From Tubiluchus corallicola (lineage: Eukaryota > Animalia > Priapulida): 59,061 nucleotides of DNA. The translations under genes and the position numbers were made by a program. Each line of letters begins with the position of its first letter. Positions within the stretch are counted from its first letter, which is position 1. This document shows, one piece after another, positions 12,941 to 25,629 of the stretch. The DNA is taken from the NCBI GenBank assembly GCA_030141605.1, contig JAQGDQ010001153.1, forward strand, positions 1-59,061, read 5' to 3'. The notes under the pieces were generated by a model, which was not told the DNA's origin, searched no databases, and worked only from the letters and a program-made list of their open reading frames with translations.

Positions 12941-13965
12941 AACTCAGCAGACTATTCTATGTCCACTGTCATACACCAGCTCAGCAGACTTCTCTGTGTC
13001 GATTGTCAAGCATCAACTCAGCAGACTTCTCTATGTCCACTGTCATGCATCAGCTCAGCAGACTTCTCTGTGTCCACTGTCATGCATCAGCTCAGCAGAC
13101 TTCTCTGTGTCGATTGTCAAGCATCAACTCAGCAGACTTCTCTATGTCCACTGTCATGCATCAGCTCAGCAGACTTCACTGTGTCCACTGTCATGAATCA
13201 ACTCAGCAGACTTCTCTGTGTCGATTGTCAAGCATCAACTCAGCAGACTTCTCTATGTCCACTGTCATGCATCAGCTCAGCAGACTTCTCTGTGTCCACT
13301 GTCATGCATCAGCTCAGCAGACTTCACTGTGTCCACTGTCATGAATCAGCTCAGCAGACTTCTCTGTGTCGACTGTCAAGCATCAACTCAGCAGACTTCT
13401 CTATGTCCACTGTCATGCATCAGCTCGGCAGACTTCTCTGTGTCCACTGTCATGCATCAGCTCAGCAGACTTCTCTGTGTCGATTGTCAAGCATCAACTC
13501 AGCAGACTTCTCTATGTCCACTGTCATGCATCAGCTCAGCAGACTTCTCTGTGTCGACTGTCATGCATCAGCTCAGCAGTCTTCTCTGTGTCGATTGTCA
13601 AGCATCAACTCAGCAGACTTCTCTATGTCCACTGTCATGCATCAGCTCAGCAGACTTCTCTGTGTCGATTGTCAAGCATCAACTCAGCAGACTTCTCTGT
13701 GTTGATTGTCATGCATCAGCTCAGCAGACTTCACTGTGTCCACTGTCATGAATCAACTCAGCAGACTTCTCTGTGTCGATTGTCAAGCATCAATTCAGTA
13801 GACTTCACTATGTCCACTGGCTTACATCAACTCAGCAGACTTCACTATGTCCACTGTCATGCATCACCTCAGCAGCTTCACTGTATCCACTGTCATGCAT
13901 CCGCTAAACATACTTCTCTGCATCCACTGTCATGTATCAATTCAGTAGACTTCACTGTGTCCACT
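12941..13965. repeat. 37-bp minisatellite, ~27 copies, decaying to about 14380
   Basis: Unit TCAGCAGACTTCTCTGTGTCCACTGTCATGCATCAGC with alternating variants; explains the overlapping ORFs in three frames. Confidence 0.97.
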
Positions 13966-15790
13966 GTCACGTGTAAAAGCAACAGATTGGTCTCTCTCTA
14001 TTGTAGTGTGTCAACTTGTTCTGTCTGTGTTCACTACCACATGTCAGCTCAACAATCTTATTTGTGTGAAGTGTCCACTGTCAGTGTCAACTTAACAAAC
14101 TGCCCAGTGTCCACTCATGTGTCAGCTAAAAATTGTTTCCAGTAGGCATGTGTCAGCTTAACAGACTGGTCTGTGTCTCCTATCATATGTCAACTTAACA
14201 GTCTGTGAACAATGTCATGTGTCACCTCTTATCTTATCTGTCAAAACTTATCTGTACCAGCTATCGTGTATCAACTCAAACATTGCTCAGTATCCACTGT
14301 CATTGTCAGCTCAACAATGTTACCTGCGTCCAGTGTCCACTGTCATGTGTCAACTGAACAGATTATTCTATGTCCATTGTTATGTGTTGTTTCAACTTTG
14401 TGTTTTCTGTGACATCATGTACTGTAAAGCAACATTAGTACTTTGCGTGCAAAGACAAAATTTAATGCTTTCAAGTACAAGAAACTAATGTATAAGAAAC
14501 AGAGAAATTGATATAACAATAGCATAATATAGCAGATTAATGAGAGTATGTCAACCAAACTAAAATATGTTACAAAGATGAACCAGATCAGTCACGGGGC
14601 CAAACACAGAACTGCACAACGTTTTTATTCAATATAATTATATCATTTTTGCAATGAACTGACCAAACTGATTAGTGACAACTTTTTTTCAACTGATCCA
14701 TGAAATTTCAGAATAGTTTTAGATTAGATTTAAATTGCACACTTTCAACAAGTGCCAGACCATACTAATTCATCTGCCCCCCCCCCAAGTGCAATCCATC
14801 AAAACTTTTAAATTTTTAGAAATTCTTGAACATTGAGTCAGTGATTACTCATACAAGTATATCACATATAAGATTATAAAAAATTAATAATGAAGGAAAA
14901 TGTACATTCGAAGAGAAAATACTATAAAGCAATATAAGCGCATGTTCGTCGTATATTTCCTCATATCCACACGCATTTGCATAGGTCATTAAATTACAAC
15001 TCGTGAACAGAGGTTTATTCTCACTATATGACACTATAGCAATATTTATTACGTCCATTTTGTAAGACAAGCGACTCTTAATAACCAATGAAGCCATAAA
15101 AACGAATTCGTGTGCAACCGTCTATAATACAGAAATCGATTACCTGTGTCAGGAAAATGCCAGAGAGTAAATACAGTTTGAAACCCCAAAAATGCCACTT
15201 GGGCACTAAGCCAACTAAGTGAAATCAGCTTCTGCTGGCACTGTCTTACCTTCCTACAGTGTAATGTACACAGTATGTATGAGCATTGTAGACAATAAAA
15301 AATGGGGGTCAAGTGGTCGAGGGAAATGGAGGGAATTTTGTGGCTCCTAAAATTACTTACTTATGTAGCACGTGACCAACGCTTTTGCGCACGTGGTGGG
15401 GATCAAACAGAAAAAGACGTCGTCTGTCGTTTTAGGGATCGGTATGTGGATACCAATTTTTCCAGTTTACATTCTGTTATTTAGTAGTGAGCGGCCAAGA
15501 ACTTTTGTCAAATTATAACGAGTGTTTTGATGGTTTATGATACTGTGTATTGTTTTTAGTTTCTTGATATTATAGGTCTGGTGGATTTATTAACGGTGCG
15601 TTGATGATATATAGACGTTCATATTTAATGTACTTGCATTGTGTATAAGCAATTATAACATTATGAACATGGTAATATTAATATACGGTTACCAGATAGA
15701 GTGCTTTCGCTTTTGATTGGTTACTGACTCGTTGATGTTGATTGAGATTGATAGGTTATTGATTAAGATTCCGGTTTGTTTGATTTACCC

Positions 15791-16133
15791 CAGTGGCTCC
15801 CAAACTTTCTCGGACCGTCACCCAAATCGGGAAACCCGGTCGTGTCCATTACCCCCCACCTAGTACTACTTCTCCAACTCAAAAAGTGAACACACGTATA
15901 TGCCACAAGCAAGCAAAATTATTTATGTTTGCTCGTGACATAAATAAATTTCCAGGTGTTGTTGTTGTATTGTTGCCAAAACAAGAAATACAATTACTGA
16001 ACCTGCCGGAGGCAGTCTCTTCAAGAAGAAAACTACGTAAAATGCATTCCGAGCGAAGTTTTAAAAATTTTCAGAGGGGTGCCTGTTACCCCCCCCCCAA
16101 AAAAAAACATATTACCCACTTTGGGAACCACTG
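15791..16133. mobile_element. hAT (Charlie-like) MITE
   Basis: TIRs CAGTGGCTCCCAAA / TTTGGGAACCACTG; 8-bp TSD ATTTACCC / ATTTACTC. Confidence 0.85.
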
Positions 16134-16741
16134 ATTTACTCTCTGGACAGTTGATTGTATGGACTTATTCCTGGCTTGTTGTGTACATGAATTTGCGTGT
16201 ACTGGATCTGTTATTGGTGAATAGGTCAGTAAGATTTAATTGACTAACTACTTGCAAATAGACTCAATGGTTCACCATCCACCATTGCTAATGCACTGCA
16301 TCGCATTATGGCTGTAATTTCCTTGTCGCTTTCTGAAAGAGCATTGCTTGATTTGTTATTAGTTGTAATGCCAAATTCCAAACGTGAAGTATTATTTGAG
16401 GAATGACTATATTATGCATAATTATAAACTCTGCTTTACAATCAGACAATAAGAAATGGCCAGAGTTAAAATGGCAACAAATTGTCCCAATCTGACAACA
16501 AGATAATCACTTTCTATATTCCAATATAGACAGTGAGAGGATTTATCCTAAGTGCAAATTCAAATATTAAGCTTTTAACCACTTTCAACTGTAAGTATTA
16601 ACATCCTATCTTTTAACAAACTGTTAATTTTATTCCATAATGGCTAAAAATTCCATTTAGATTGCAGCCAGGTAATAAAATTTGTAGTCAAAGATGGCTA
16701 TTCGCTGAGGGAAATTAGCATCTAAGTTTGGCTTGGCTTAA

Positions 16742-17283
16742 AGGAAAGAACATGTCACTTAGTATGCTGGATTTATTTTATTGTTATCACAAACTTAGAA
16801 AAATAGAACAAATTTGCAAAGAACTGCCTATAAAGGATAAATTTAGAATATACTATCTCTGAATAGAAATTTTCAGGCGTGGTGGCTGCCGGCATTCACT
16901 TGAAAATCATGACGTAATTGGGAGACTTTGTGACTTTTTGCGGCTATGCGTAGGCGCGTGCTACTTAAACTAATTCAAACTTCTACAGCTCACCAAATAT
17001 TCATGCACAAATGTTACAAAATCAGCTATCTAATTTTCTTGTAAAAACTTATTATACTTTTGAGATGAAGACTGACAGTGCGCTACTTTTCTTCAAGATG
17101 AATGACGTCATTGGAAGAAGAATGGGCACTGAAAATGGGAGTGTCCAAGCAGGAAGTGATCGCGATTTTAAAGTGATTTTACTAATTACACGAGGCGCTT
17201 ATTGCAGTTTTATTACTAAACTTTCTAACATTTTTCGAGAATATTGAAATAAGCCTAACTTCCCAGAAGGCTTGGACTTTGCT
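16742..17283. mobile_element. Old Kolobok-like MITE
   Basis: TTAA-AG...CT-TTAA ends with an imperfect inverted repeat traceable for roughly 90 bp. Confidence 0.5.
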
Positions 17284-17391
17284 TTAAATGATTTAAACCT
17301 CACGAAATTAACTAACATACTCCCATTCACTAGTAAAGCCGCATTCACAAGCAAAGGTATCCTTTTTAAAAGGTAAAAATCGTAATGACAA

Positions 17392-17500
17392 ATGAAACCA
17401 AGTAATAAATCCAGCAGTCGCTGGTCACCACATCATTTACCGACCAGACTTAGCATCGCTCTAATTCTGTTGCTAGGTACAGAGTGTGTGATTACATTTG
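17392..17500 (+). CDS. Putative coding exon 1 (signal peptide) of a small secreted protein
   Basis: ATG in CAAATGA context; MKPSNKSSSRWSPHHLPTRLSIALILLLGTECVITF, then a phase-1 donor G|GTTAGT compatible with the acceptor at 18456. Confidence 0.5.
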
Positions 17501-17665
17501 GTTAGTCTTTTTATCAGTAGGTCTATGTTAAGTAAATCAACTAGACATACATGTATTACTGTGAAAAACTTGTTTGCAAAACGAATTTACTGAAATATGA
17601 ATGTAACTGGTGTGCAGATGTTTATATCTATTTTCAAGTAAAATGATAAGAAATTATAATAACTG

Positions 17666-18183
17666 CAGGAATGAGAATTTTCCGCGGATACCCGGAATTC
17701 CGAGTTTTTGGAAGACCAATAGTGACATTTTTGTAAATCGCGTAAATTCGTTGAGAAAATTTTTACGGACCCAGTACATTATTTCACAAACTGACCGTTA
17801 GTTGGCAGGCCATCACTTTGTTTACATCACGTACATCAGTGTAACCACGTGTATATCTCTATGTATAAAAATATAGAATCAATTGTGCGGTGTTATTTGA
17901 GTCAATTGCAGACAGTTTTTATATACTTTTGCATAGGAGTGGCCAGTACTTAGACGTTTTTGAGACAATTAGGTATCATGTATCCTTGATAGTTGGGTAT
18001 TTTAAATTACGCACAAAACAAGGTAACTGATATTTTAAGTCCACTTAGAGGCTCTCTATGGTCACAAAATTGCAATTTGTTACTAGCTTCAAGGGGGTTT
18101 TGCCCCCTTGAACCCTATTGGGGGAGGTCTCAAATCTCCCGGCCTGTTTCAGAGTTTTTTGCAATTTGTCATTCTCATCCCTG
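17666..18183. mobile_element. hAT-type MITE in the putative intron
   Basis: TIRs CAGGAATGAGAAT / ATTCTCATCCCTG; TAACTG repeated on both flanks. Confidence 0.75.
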
Positions 18184-18456
18184 TAACTGCTCATTTCTGC
18201 AAAACAAAATTGTTGAGCTATTTACTCTATATCAGTTGTGGTGTAAGTAAATTAAACAGGAAATAAAATGAAGTAAATGAAATTAAAACAAAATTTAGCA
18301 TAGAGAATCTAGTATTTATAACTTTGTGTACACTTTTACGGCATTCGACCACACGGATAATGTTCCATCATTCACAGGTAAAAACTTTCCGTTAAAAGGT
18401 GCAATAGATTTCAATTATACGGGAGCCTGCAAATGAATTTATGTTTACAATTTCAG

Positions 18457-18632
18457 TTGACGAAGACAAAATGGCCATCGCTCCATCAGGTTATATCGAG
18501 ACAGACGAGAACACAGTGGTGCCATCTGGATGCACGCTGTTGGATGAAACAGAGCAACGGTGTTGGACGAACTCACTAACTGGCGAAAGGAAATGTGCAG
18601 AGTATGCAATACTGGATTGTGAAGAAGATTAA
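18457..18632 (+). CDS. Putative terminal coding exon, acidic four-cysteine domain
   Basis: Acceptor TTTCAG|; phase-1 frame (V)DEDKMAIAPSGYIETDENTVVPSGCTLLDETEQRCWTNSLTGERKCAEYAILDCEED*; coding-like composition in AT-rich surroundings. Confidence 0.65.
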
Positions 18633-18735
18633 ACAGAATAATGCTGAAAAGAGGCCCGTGAAGATTATTAAACGAGAGACTAATTTTGATATAATGACAA
18701 AATAGTTTTCTGCAACTGTTAGTAAAAAGCATGAC

Positions 18736-19401
18736 CAGGATGGACCAGTTAACCGGTTAATGGAAATTTACCTACATAGCCTACATAGAAACTACGCCAA
18801 GCGTTGTTAAACTAAGCGTAAGACTTTTCTATATAGACAGTGAAAAGTCTCTACAATAAGGATGTGGTGAACCAACGATTGATTGGATTCTACGAGGCAG
18901 CCCCGACAGTGACAGACCATGTTAGAGGAATTTTAGAGTCCACGGAGATAAAGATTGGTTAATCGGTTAAAAAATTAATTGGGTAATGGAAATTGGCTAA
19001 CCAATTAACCAATTTTTATCACTGTGGACTCTAAAAGTCCTCTAACATGGTCTGTCACTGTCGGGGCTGCCTCGCAGAATCCAATCAATCGTTGGTTCAC
19101 CGCATCCTTACTGTAGAGACTTTTCACTTTCAATGTAGGAAAGTGTTACGCTTAGTTGAACAACGCGTGGCATCCTTTCAAACAGAGACTTTTCGCTTTC
19201 TATCTATAAAAGTTTTACTCTTATTTGAACACATTCCTCTAAAGTTTCACTTGATATGTTTGCATTGTAAATTTCTTGTTCTCCAATAATCTAGTTGGCA
19301 AATTGCAGACGGCCTCAGATCTGATTAATTGGTTAATGGTTAACAGATAAAAAATTAACCGGTTAACGCGTTAAGTAAATCCTTAACCTGTCCCAGCCCT
19401 G
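18736..19401. mobile_element. hAT-type non-autonomous element with a long internal foldback
   Basis: Right end TTAACCTGTCCCAGCCCTG followed by CAGGATG, which also opens the eroded left end; subterminal GGTTAA repeats; internal inverted arms 18796-18969 / 18997-19171. Confidence 0.7.
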
Positions 19402-19811
19402 CAGGATGTACAATACAACCTATACAACCTATGTACATAGTCATCACATTGCCGAGTCAGGTCAGATAATCCAGGAAATTCAATTTTATCGCCTGGTACT
19501 ACACTGGGCTAGTGTAATCTTGCTTCACCTGCATTCTTAAAGTTGCATCATAATGTTAAGGACACATGTGCTATATGTGTGCAAGTGGTATTCATGTATT
19601 TAAGTTACCCTTATTGCAATTACTCTAATTTAGAAGTAGTCACCACACAAAAGTGTGAAAAGCAAGACACCGTACCCCATCTCACTCTTGTACCAAAATC
19701 AAGCCAACCTATAATAACTTTATAATATGAAAGATTGTACTAATGATATTTTAAAGTTTACCGTAGTTTACAGTAAAGTAATACACTTTACATGCCAAGA
19801 AACATTTGCAT

Positions 19812-19855
19812 GAGAGAGAGAGAGAGAGAGAGAGACGAGAAAGAGAGAGGGAGGA

Positions 19856-19913
<58 letters not shown>
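19812..19913. repeat. (GA)n microsatellite
   Basis: Interrupted GA run. Confidence 0.95.
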
Positions 19914-20429
19914 GTGATAATTATAAACAAACTTTATCTGGAATATTTTGTGAAGAAAATCACATTTACTTTTAAGACTGTTAAATGAAACTCTATGCAT
20001 GTCTAGCAGCATTATTTAAATTTTCAGTTCACTTTTCCTATTACCACCACATGAGACCTAATCAGTTCTACTGATCTTTCAATTTGACATTCGCCTGGTT
20101 TTACTAAGGTGGTTGGCTGGTCAAATACAGCAACCTAGAATCCTGTCATCCAAGCAAAGTTTTTTATTTATTTATTTACTATTACAACAACAGTAGCAGA
20201 TAAAACAATAATTTAGTCACGAAATGTATTTGATTAAAATTCAAGCATAAAAAAGTCACCATTGTTTACTAGGGTACTGTAAGCCAACTTCAAAATTCGG
20301 TCATGGAAAACAACGCTTGGCTTTAGCTGTCTCTGATTTAGGACAAATATGGCCGATTGGTAGGCAAGGTTTGGTTAATAATTATGAAGGTGCAGTGACA
20401 TACTGTTAACTGGTTCTCAAGTCTCGAAT

Positions 20430-21071
20430 CAGAGGCGTAGCAAGGGGGGGGGCAACAGGGGGCAAGGGTGAGAAGGCGCAAAATTCGTCTTGAGTTCAAT
20501 GACTGTTAATTATTAATTACTAATCTGACATTAACAAAATAATTATGAAAATTTTTTAAACTGCAACAAAATTGCCTAGTCAGAGATCATCGTAGCTGAT
20601 TTAATTACTATATACAGCCTAGAAAAAAGGCTATTGTTGTTACATAACAACGTGTAGGGTGTGGGGTGGCTTGGCACATCAATAATTTTGGTAGAAAAAT
20701 GGGCGTTTTTCTAAAAGCTGATTGTATTATTATGAAAACTTGTAGTGTTCTGTATCTTTCATAATCTTTGCATGTTTTAATGTTGGAGCTGAATGTTAAA
20801 GGACTGTCATGTTATGAGCAACTTATGCAAAGAAGAGAGTTACTCTGCTGCAGTACCACAAATCAAACTCAGGGTGATTTTTAACAAAAAATTGTTTAAC
20901 CCTTATCCCATCATTTCGAAAAAGGAAAGTCAGGCTCTGGGACGCAAAAAAAAAAAAAACACGCACAATTTGTGGCTTCAACCACGAAACAGATGATCAA
21001 GACATTAAAAGTGTAGAGCGACAGAAGTTTTTTTGCCGCCGGGGGCGCCACAAGCCCTTGCTACGCCACTG
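20430..21071. mobile_element. MITE, probably hAT-type
   Basis: TIRs CAGAGGCGTAGCAAGGG / CCCTTGCTACGCCACTG (16/17 match); TSD not recognisable. Confidence 0.75.
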
Positions 21072-21910
21072 AGTTTCATTTTCAGGACTCTTTAACACAG
21101 GTCGTGTTAAAGGCTCCTTCATTTGGTGTTGTAAACTACAAAGGTGTACGGTATAAATGTATGAATGAAATTATTAATGTGTGGCGTAAATAGAATCAAA
21201 AGCCCAGCTGTTAATACAAAAAGTACAAACAAATATGAGTTCACTTAGATGTGCGTTGCTACAAATTTTAGAACCTATTATGTTGATGTGATTTTAAATG
21301 TGCTCTCCGTAATGAACACAAATATGTGCAAGTATATACTACTTCTGCTGATGCAATTAGTGAATTAGACTATTTTCTACCTGCATTTTCCATTTCCTCC
21401 TTGAATATAAGCAAAAAATTAGAAAGTTTGTGCTAAAATACCATAACAACAATATGATTAGTACTAAAATGGTAACTAATTAAATTGCACCTTTTAGCTT
21501 TGTAAATTAAGTGTTTTGTCCTATTCAATCTTAATTTAATTTAAATGTATCCTGCAGTTTAGCAAACGCAAACTAGCTTAGTCTATTAATGAATTACATT
21601 TAATTTTTTTGAAATTTGATGTAGTAATTGTATTTTCTTGCATTTTGTAATACTCCTAATGAGAGAGAGAGTGTGTGTGTGTGTGTGTGAAAGAGGGAGT
21701 GAGTGAGCAAAGGGAGAGAGCGAAAGAGGATAGTCTAAGTGAAAAGTGGTAAAACTGCTTCTAATGCAACCCTTCACCACCCAGTTGATGGCTTCATATA
21801 AGCACAAGACATTCACGTTAAAAATAAAGAAGCACTAATGAACTAAACAATCAACACATAATAGACTTTGTCACCAATCACAGCTCAATCAATTTAAATG
21901 ATACTTGTTA

Positions 21911-23564
21911 CTTGATCACAGGGGCGTAGCCAGGTTCTAAAGTTGGGGGGGGGGTGGAGCAAGCAAATACTAAAATGACATTGTGACACATGAAACAAGC
22001 TTCACTTGATCACAGGGGCATAGCCAGATTCTAAAGTTGGGGGGAGCAAGCAAATACTAAAAGGGCACTGTGATACATGAAATAAGCTTCACTTGATCAC
22101 AGGGGCGTAGCCAGGTTCTAAAGTTGGGGGGAGCAAGCAAATACTAAAAGGGCACTGTGACACATGAAACAAGCTTCACTTGATCACAGGGGCGTAGCCA
22201 GGTTCTAAAGTTGGGGGGAGCAAGCAAATACTAAAAGGGCATTGTGACACATGAAACAAGCTTCACTTGATCACAGGGGCGTAGCCTGGTTCTAAAGTTG
22301 GGGGGAGCAAGCAAATACTAAAAGGCCATTGTGATACATGAAACAAGCTTCACTTGATCACAGGGGCGTAGCCAGGTTCTAAAGTTAGGGGGAGCAAGCA
22401 AATACTAAAATGGCACTGTGACACATGAAATAAGCTTCACTTGAACACAGGGGCGTAGCCAGGTTCTAAAGTTGGGGGGAGCAAGCAAATACTAAAATGG
22501 CACTGTGACACATGAAACAAGCTTCACTTGATCACAGGGGCGTAGCCAGGTTCTAAAGTTGGGGGGAGCAAGCAAATACTAAAAGGGCACTGTGACACAT
22601 GAAACAAGCTTCACTTGATCACAGGGGCGTAGCCAGGTTCTAAAGTTGGGAGCAAGCAAATACTAAAAGGGCACTGTGACACATAACAAGCTTCACTTGA
22701 TCACAGGGGCGTAGCCAGGTTCTAAAGTTGGGAGGAGCAAGCAAATACTAAAAGGGCACTGTGACACATGGAACAAGCTTCACTTGATCACAGGGGCGTA
22801 GCCAGGTTCTAAAGTTGGGAGGAGCAAGCAAATACTAAAAGGGCACTGTGACACATGGAACAAGCTTCACTTGATCACAGGGGCGTAGCCAGGTTCTAAA
22901 GTTGGGGGGAGCAAGCAAATACTAAAAGGGCACTCTGACACATGAAACAAGCTTCACTTGATCACAGGGGCGTAGCCAGGTTCTAAAGTTGGGGGGAGCA
23001 AGCAAATACTAAAAGGGCACTGTGACACATGAAACAAGCTTCACTTGATCACAGGGGCGTAGCCAGGTTCTAAAGTTGGGAGGAGCAAGCAAATACTAAA
23101 AGGGCACTGTGACACATGAAACAAGCTTCACTTGATCACAGGGGCGTAGCCAGGTTCTAAAGTTGGGAGGAGCAAGCAAATACTAAAAGGGCACTGTGAC
23201 ACATGAAACAAGCTTCACTTGATCACAGGGGCGTAGCCAGGTTCTAAAGTTGGGGGGAGCAAGCAAATACTAAAATGGCACTGTGACACATGAAACAAGC
23301 TTCACTTGATCACAGGGGCGTAGCCAGGTTCTAAAGTTGGGAGGAGCAAGCAAATACTAAAAGGGCACTGTGACACATGGAACAAGCTTCACTTGATCAC
23401 AGGGGCGTAGCCAGGTTCTAAAGTTGGGAGGAGCAAGCAAATACTAAAAGGGCACTGTGACACATGGAACAAGCTTCACTTGATCACAGGGGCGTAGCCA
23501 GGTTCTCAAGTTGGGGGGAGCAAGTAAATACTAAGGGCATTGTGACACATGGAACAAGCTTCAC
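21911..23564. repeat. 87-bp satellite array A, ~19 copies
   Basis: Unit CTTGATCA-CAGGGGCGTAGCCAGGTTCTAAAGTTGGGGGGAGCAAGCAAATACTAAAAGGGCACTGTGACACATGAAACAAGCTTCA. Confidence 0.98.
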
Positions 23565-23687
23565 GCTCGTTTTAAAAACTTGGAAGGCAGGTTGGTCAAA
23601 TAAAGTAATAAGGTAGGTCAAATAAAGGTGCCAATGTACTGGCGGAGCGCTTTTGCTCCCCCTGCTCCCTTACTGGCTATGCCACTG
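21919..23687. mobile_element. hAT MITE whose left end is tandemly amplified
   Basis: TIRs CAGGGGCGTAGCCAG / CTGGCTATGCCACTG with perfect 8-bp TSD CTTGATCA (21911-21918, 23688-23695). Confidence 0.9.
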
Positions 23688-24053
23688 CTTGATCATCTGG
23701 GCATTGACAAAAAAATCTTTTCTGTGCGTAACTGAAAGACAAAAACAAGTTTGAGTTGTTTGACTGTAATCATTTGCGTGACAATCCCTGAATTTGCACT
23801 GCTGTGAAACAAAAGTTCATTAATATTTTTCAAATCATTTCACTCAAACTTCATAATGTTAAAAAGGTCTCATCACCCTCAGACTAACAATGGCAATATG
23901 TCTTAATATTTCTATCACACACCACATAGCTCGCCGCATCTAGAGTCAATATTATATTTACTGACATTGAGAAAGCATAGAGATAGCAAATACAAATGCC
24001 TCTAGCAGCCAAACAGTGTGAGGGAAACCAGCAATTCAAAAATTGCAACTTAC

Positions 24054-24107
24054 CCAAACTACTGGATGGTTAGAGTCTCTCCCTGCTTTCTGCATCCAAA
24101 GTGGTAC
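24054..24107 (-). other. Candidate 54-nt exon
   Basis: CTAATTTTGCAG| acceptor and TGG|GTAAGT donor; frame 0 is open (VPLWMQKAGRDSNHPVVW). Confidence 0.45.
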
Positions 24108-24393
24108 CTGCAAAATTAGACAATTGAAAATTAACTCTTGCAGCCAAAATTAGCTCAACAGGGATAAAAAGGATCACATGTGTTTATGAGTTTAATGAAT
24201 TCGGGTTGAATGGTGGTGTGAGTTCCTCTAGGAACAAGAACAGAAAGCGAAATGACAAAGATAATAAAAAAAGAACATCTAAACAATATAATATTCAAAA
24301 GGAATTCAGAATAAATCAGTGTATCAGTTCAGTTAAGTTTGAGTAGCTAACAGTAGCCTTTAAAAGGGCACCATTGCATGTATGCAGGAGATA

Positions 24394-24865
24394 CGGTCAA
24401 CTTCGGGTATAAGGTACTCGCTTATAAGGTACCACCAACACCAGCCCGGATTTTTCTTAACATTTTTCCTATGTAAAAATCTTTGTACATAAAGTACTCG
24501 GATATAAGGGACTTTCGGTTATAAGAGACGATATCTTCAGGTCATGGGTAACATAAACCCAGGTAAATTACCTCGCATATAAGGGACCCTGTGATCCAAG
24601 CAAAATTGATCAATTTTTAACCTCAATTTTTTGCAAACTCGACCTTCGAACAGCTCAACTTCTGCGGTCATATACATCTTGCATCACTGAAGGAGCTTCC
24701 TACATACTGCTTGCATTGAATGTGTAGCAGTAATCCATAAAAATATGGGTAAAAGTGCAGGTCTTGATACACCCTCGATCTGACTCAACTTCGGCTATAA
24801 GGGACATCGGATATAATGGATGTTTTTTCCGGTGCGGAGGTGTCCCTTATATCTGAGGTTCACCG
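24394..24865. mobile_element. Tc1/mariner-pogo (Tigger-like) MITE
   Basis: TA on both sides; ~24-bp imperfect TIRs CGGTCAACTTCGGGTATAAGGTAC / GTCCCTTATATCTGAGGTTCACCG. Confidence 0.85.
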
Positions 24866-25344
24866 TACAAACTCCTGCATGCCCTGAAGTCATTCTTGAC
24901 TTTATCCTGCACATCAAAGATTGTACGGCAGTGCTACATCTTTTCCACAGGTGACACCACAACCACCAAGGATGTATTAGCCAAATAACGCAATGCAAAT
25001 ATATGTAATTAATAATGACCACACAGAAAACAGGTTAATAGTATTTCTAATACACCACAAGTAATTGTTTGATCTGTTCATTTTATGAACAACAACACAT
25101 TCACAAAGAGAAGGAAAGACAAAAGTAGGATGTAATAAAGTCTTGGTACGCCCCTGACAACCACCATTTTTGGGACAGCGGAACATTTCAGAAAAGTATT
25201 GATAGCAAGCATCGAGTAACACTAGTAGTAATGAAAGAAATAAAGCTGCAACATTGTAGTAGAAAATCTTTAGACAGTAGCAACAGAAGTTTCATCTTTC
25301 TTAGAAAAGAGAACCTTATTATATCATGAAAGATAGACCATGCC

Positions 25345-25629
25345 AAATTTGATGTAGTAATTGTATTTTCTTGCATTTTGCAATGCTTCTAATGAGAGAG
25401 AGAGTGTGTGTGAAAGAAGGAGTGAGTGAGCAAAGGGAGAGAGAAAGGGGATAGTCTAAGTGAAATGTGGTTAAACTGCTTCTAATGCAACCCTTCACCA
25501 CCCAGTTGATGGCTTCATATAAGCACAAGACATTCATGTTAAAAATAAAGAAGCACTAATGAACTAAACAATCAACACAATCGACTTTGTCACCAATCAC
25601 AGCTCAATCAATTTAAATGATACTTGTTA
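25345..25629 (+). repeat. Duplicate of unique flank 21612-21910
   Basis: AAATTTGATGTAGTAATTGTATTTTCTTGC...AATCAATTTAAATGATACTTGTTA near-identical, leading into the second array. Confidence 0.95.

Noticed and set aside
12927-14145. Long Cys/His-rich ORFs as a metal-binding protein
   Set aside because: The same peptide appears in all three frames because a stop-free 37-bp unit is repeated; no gene structure.
23780-23880. C/D-box snoRNA near the orphan exon (minus-strand GTGATGA)
   Set aside because: No D box (CTGA) at a suitable distance.
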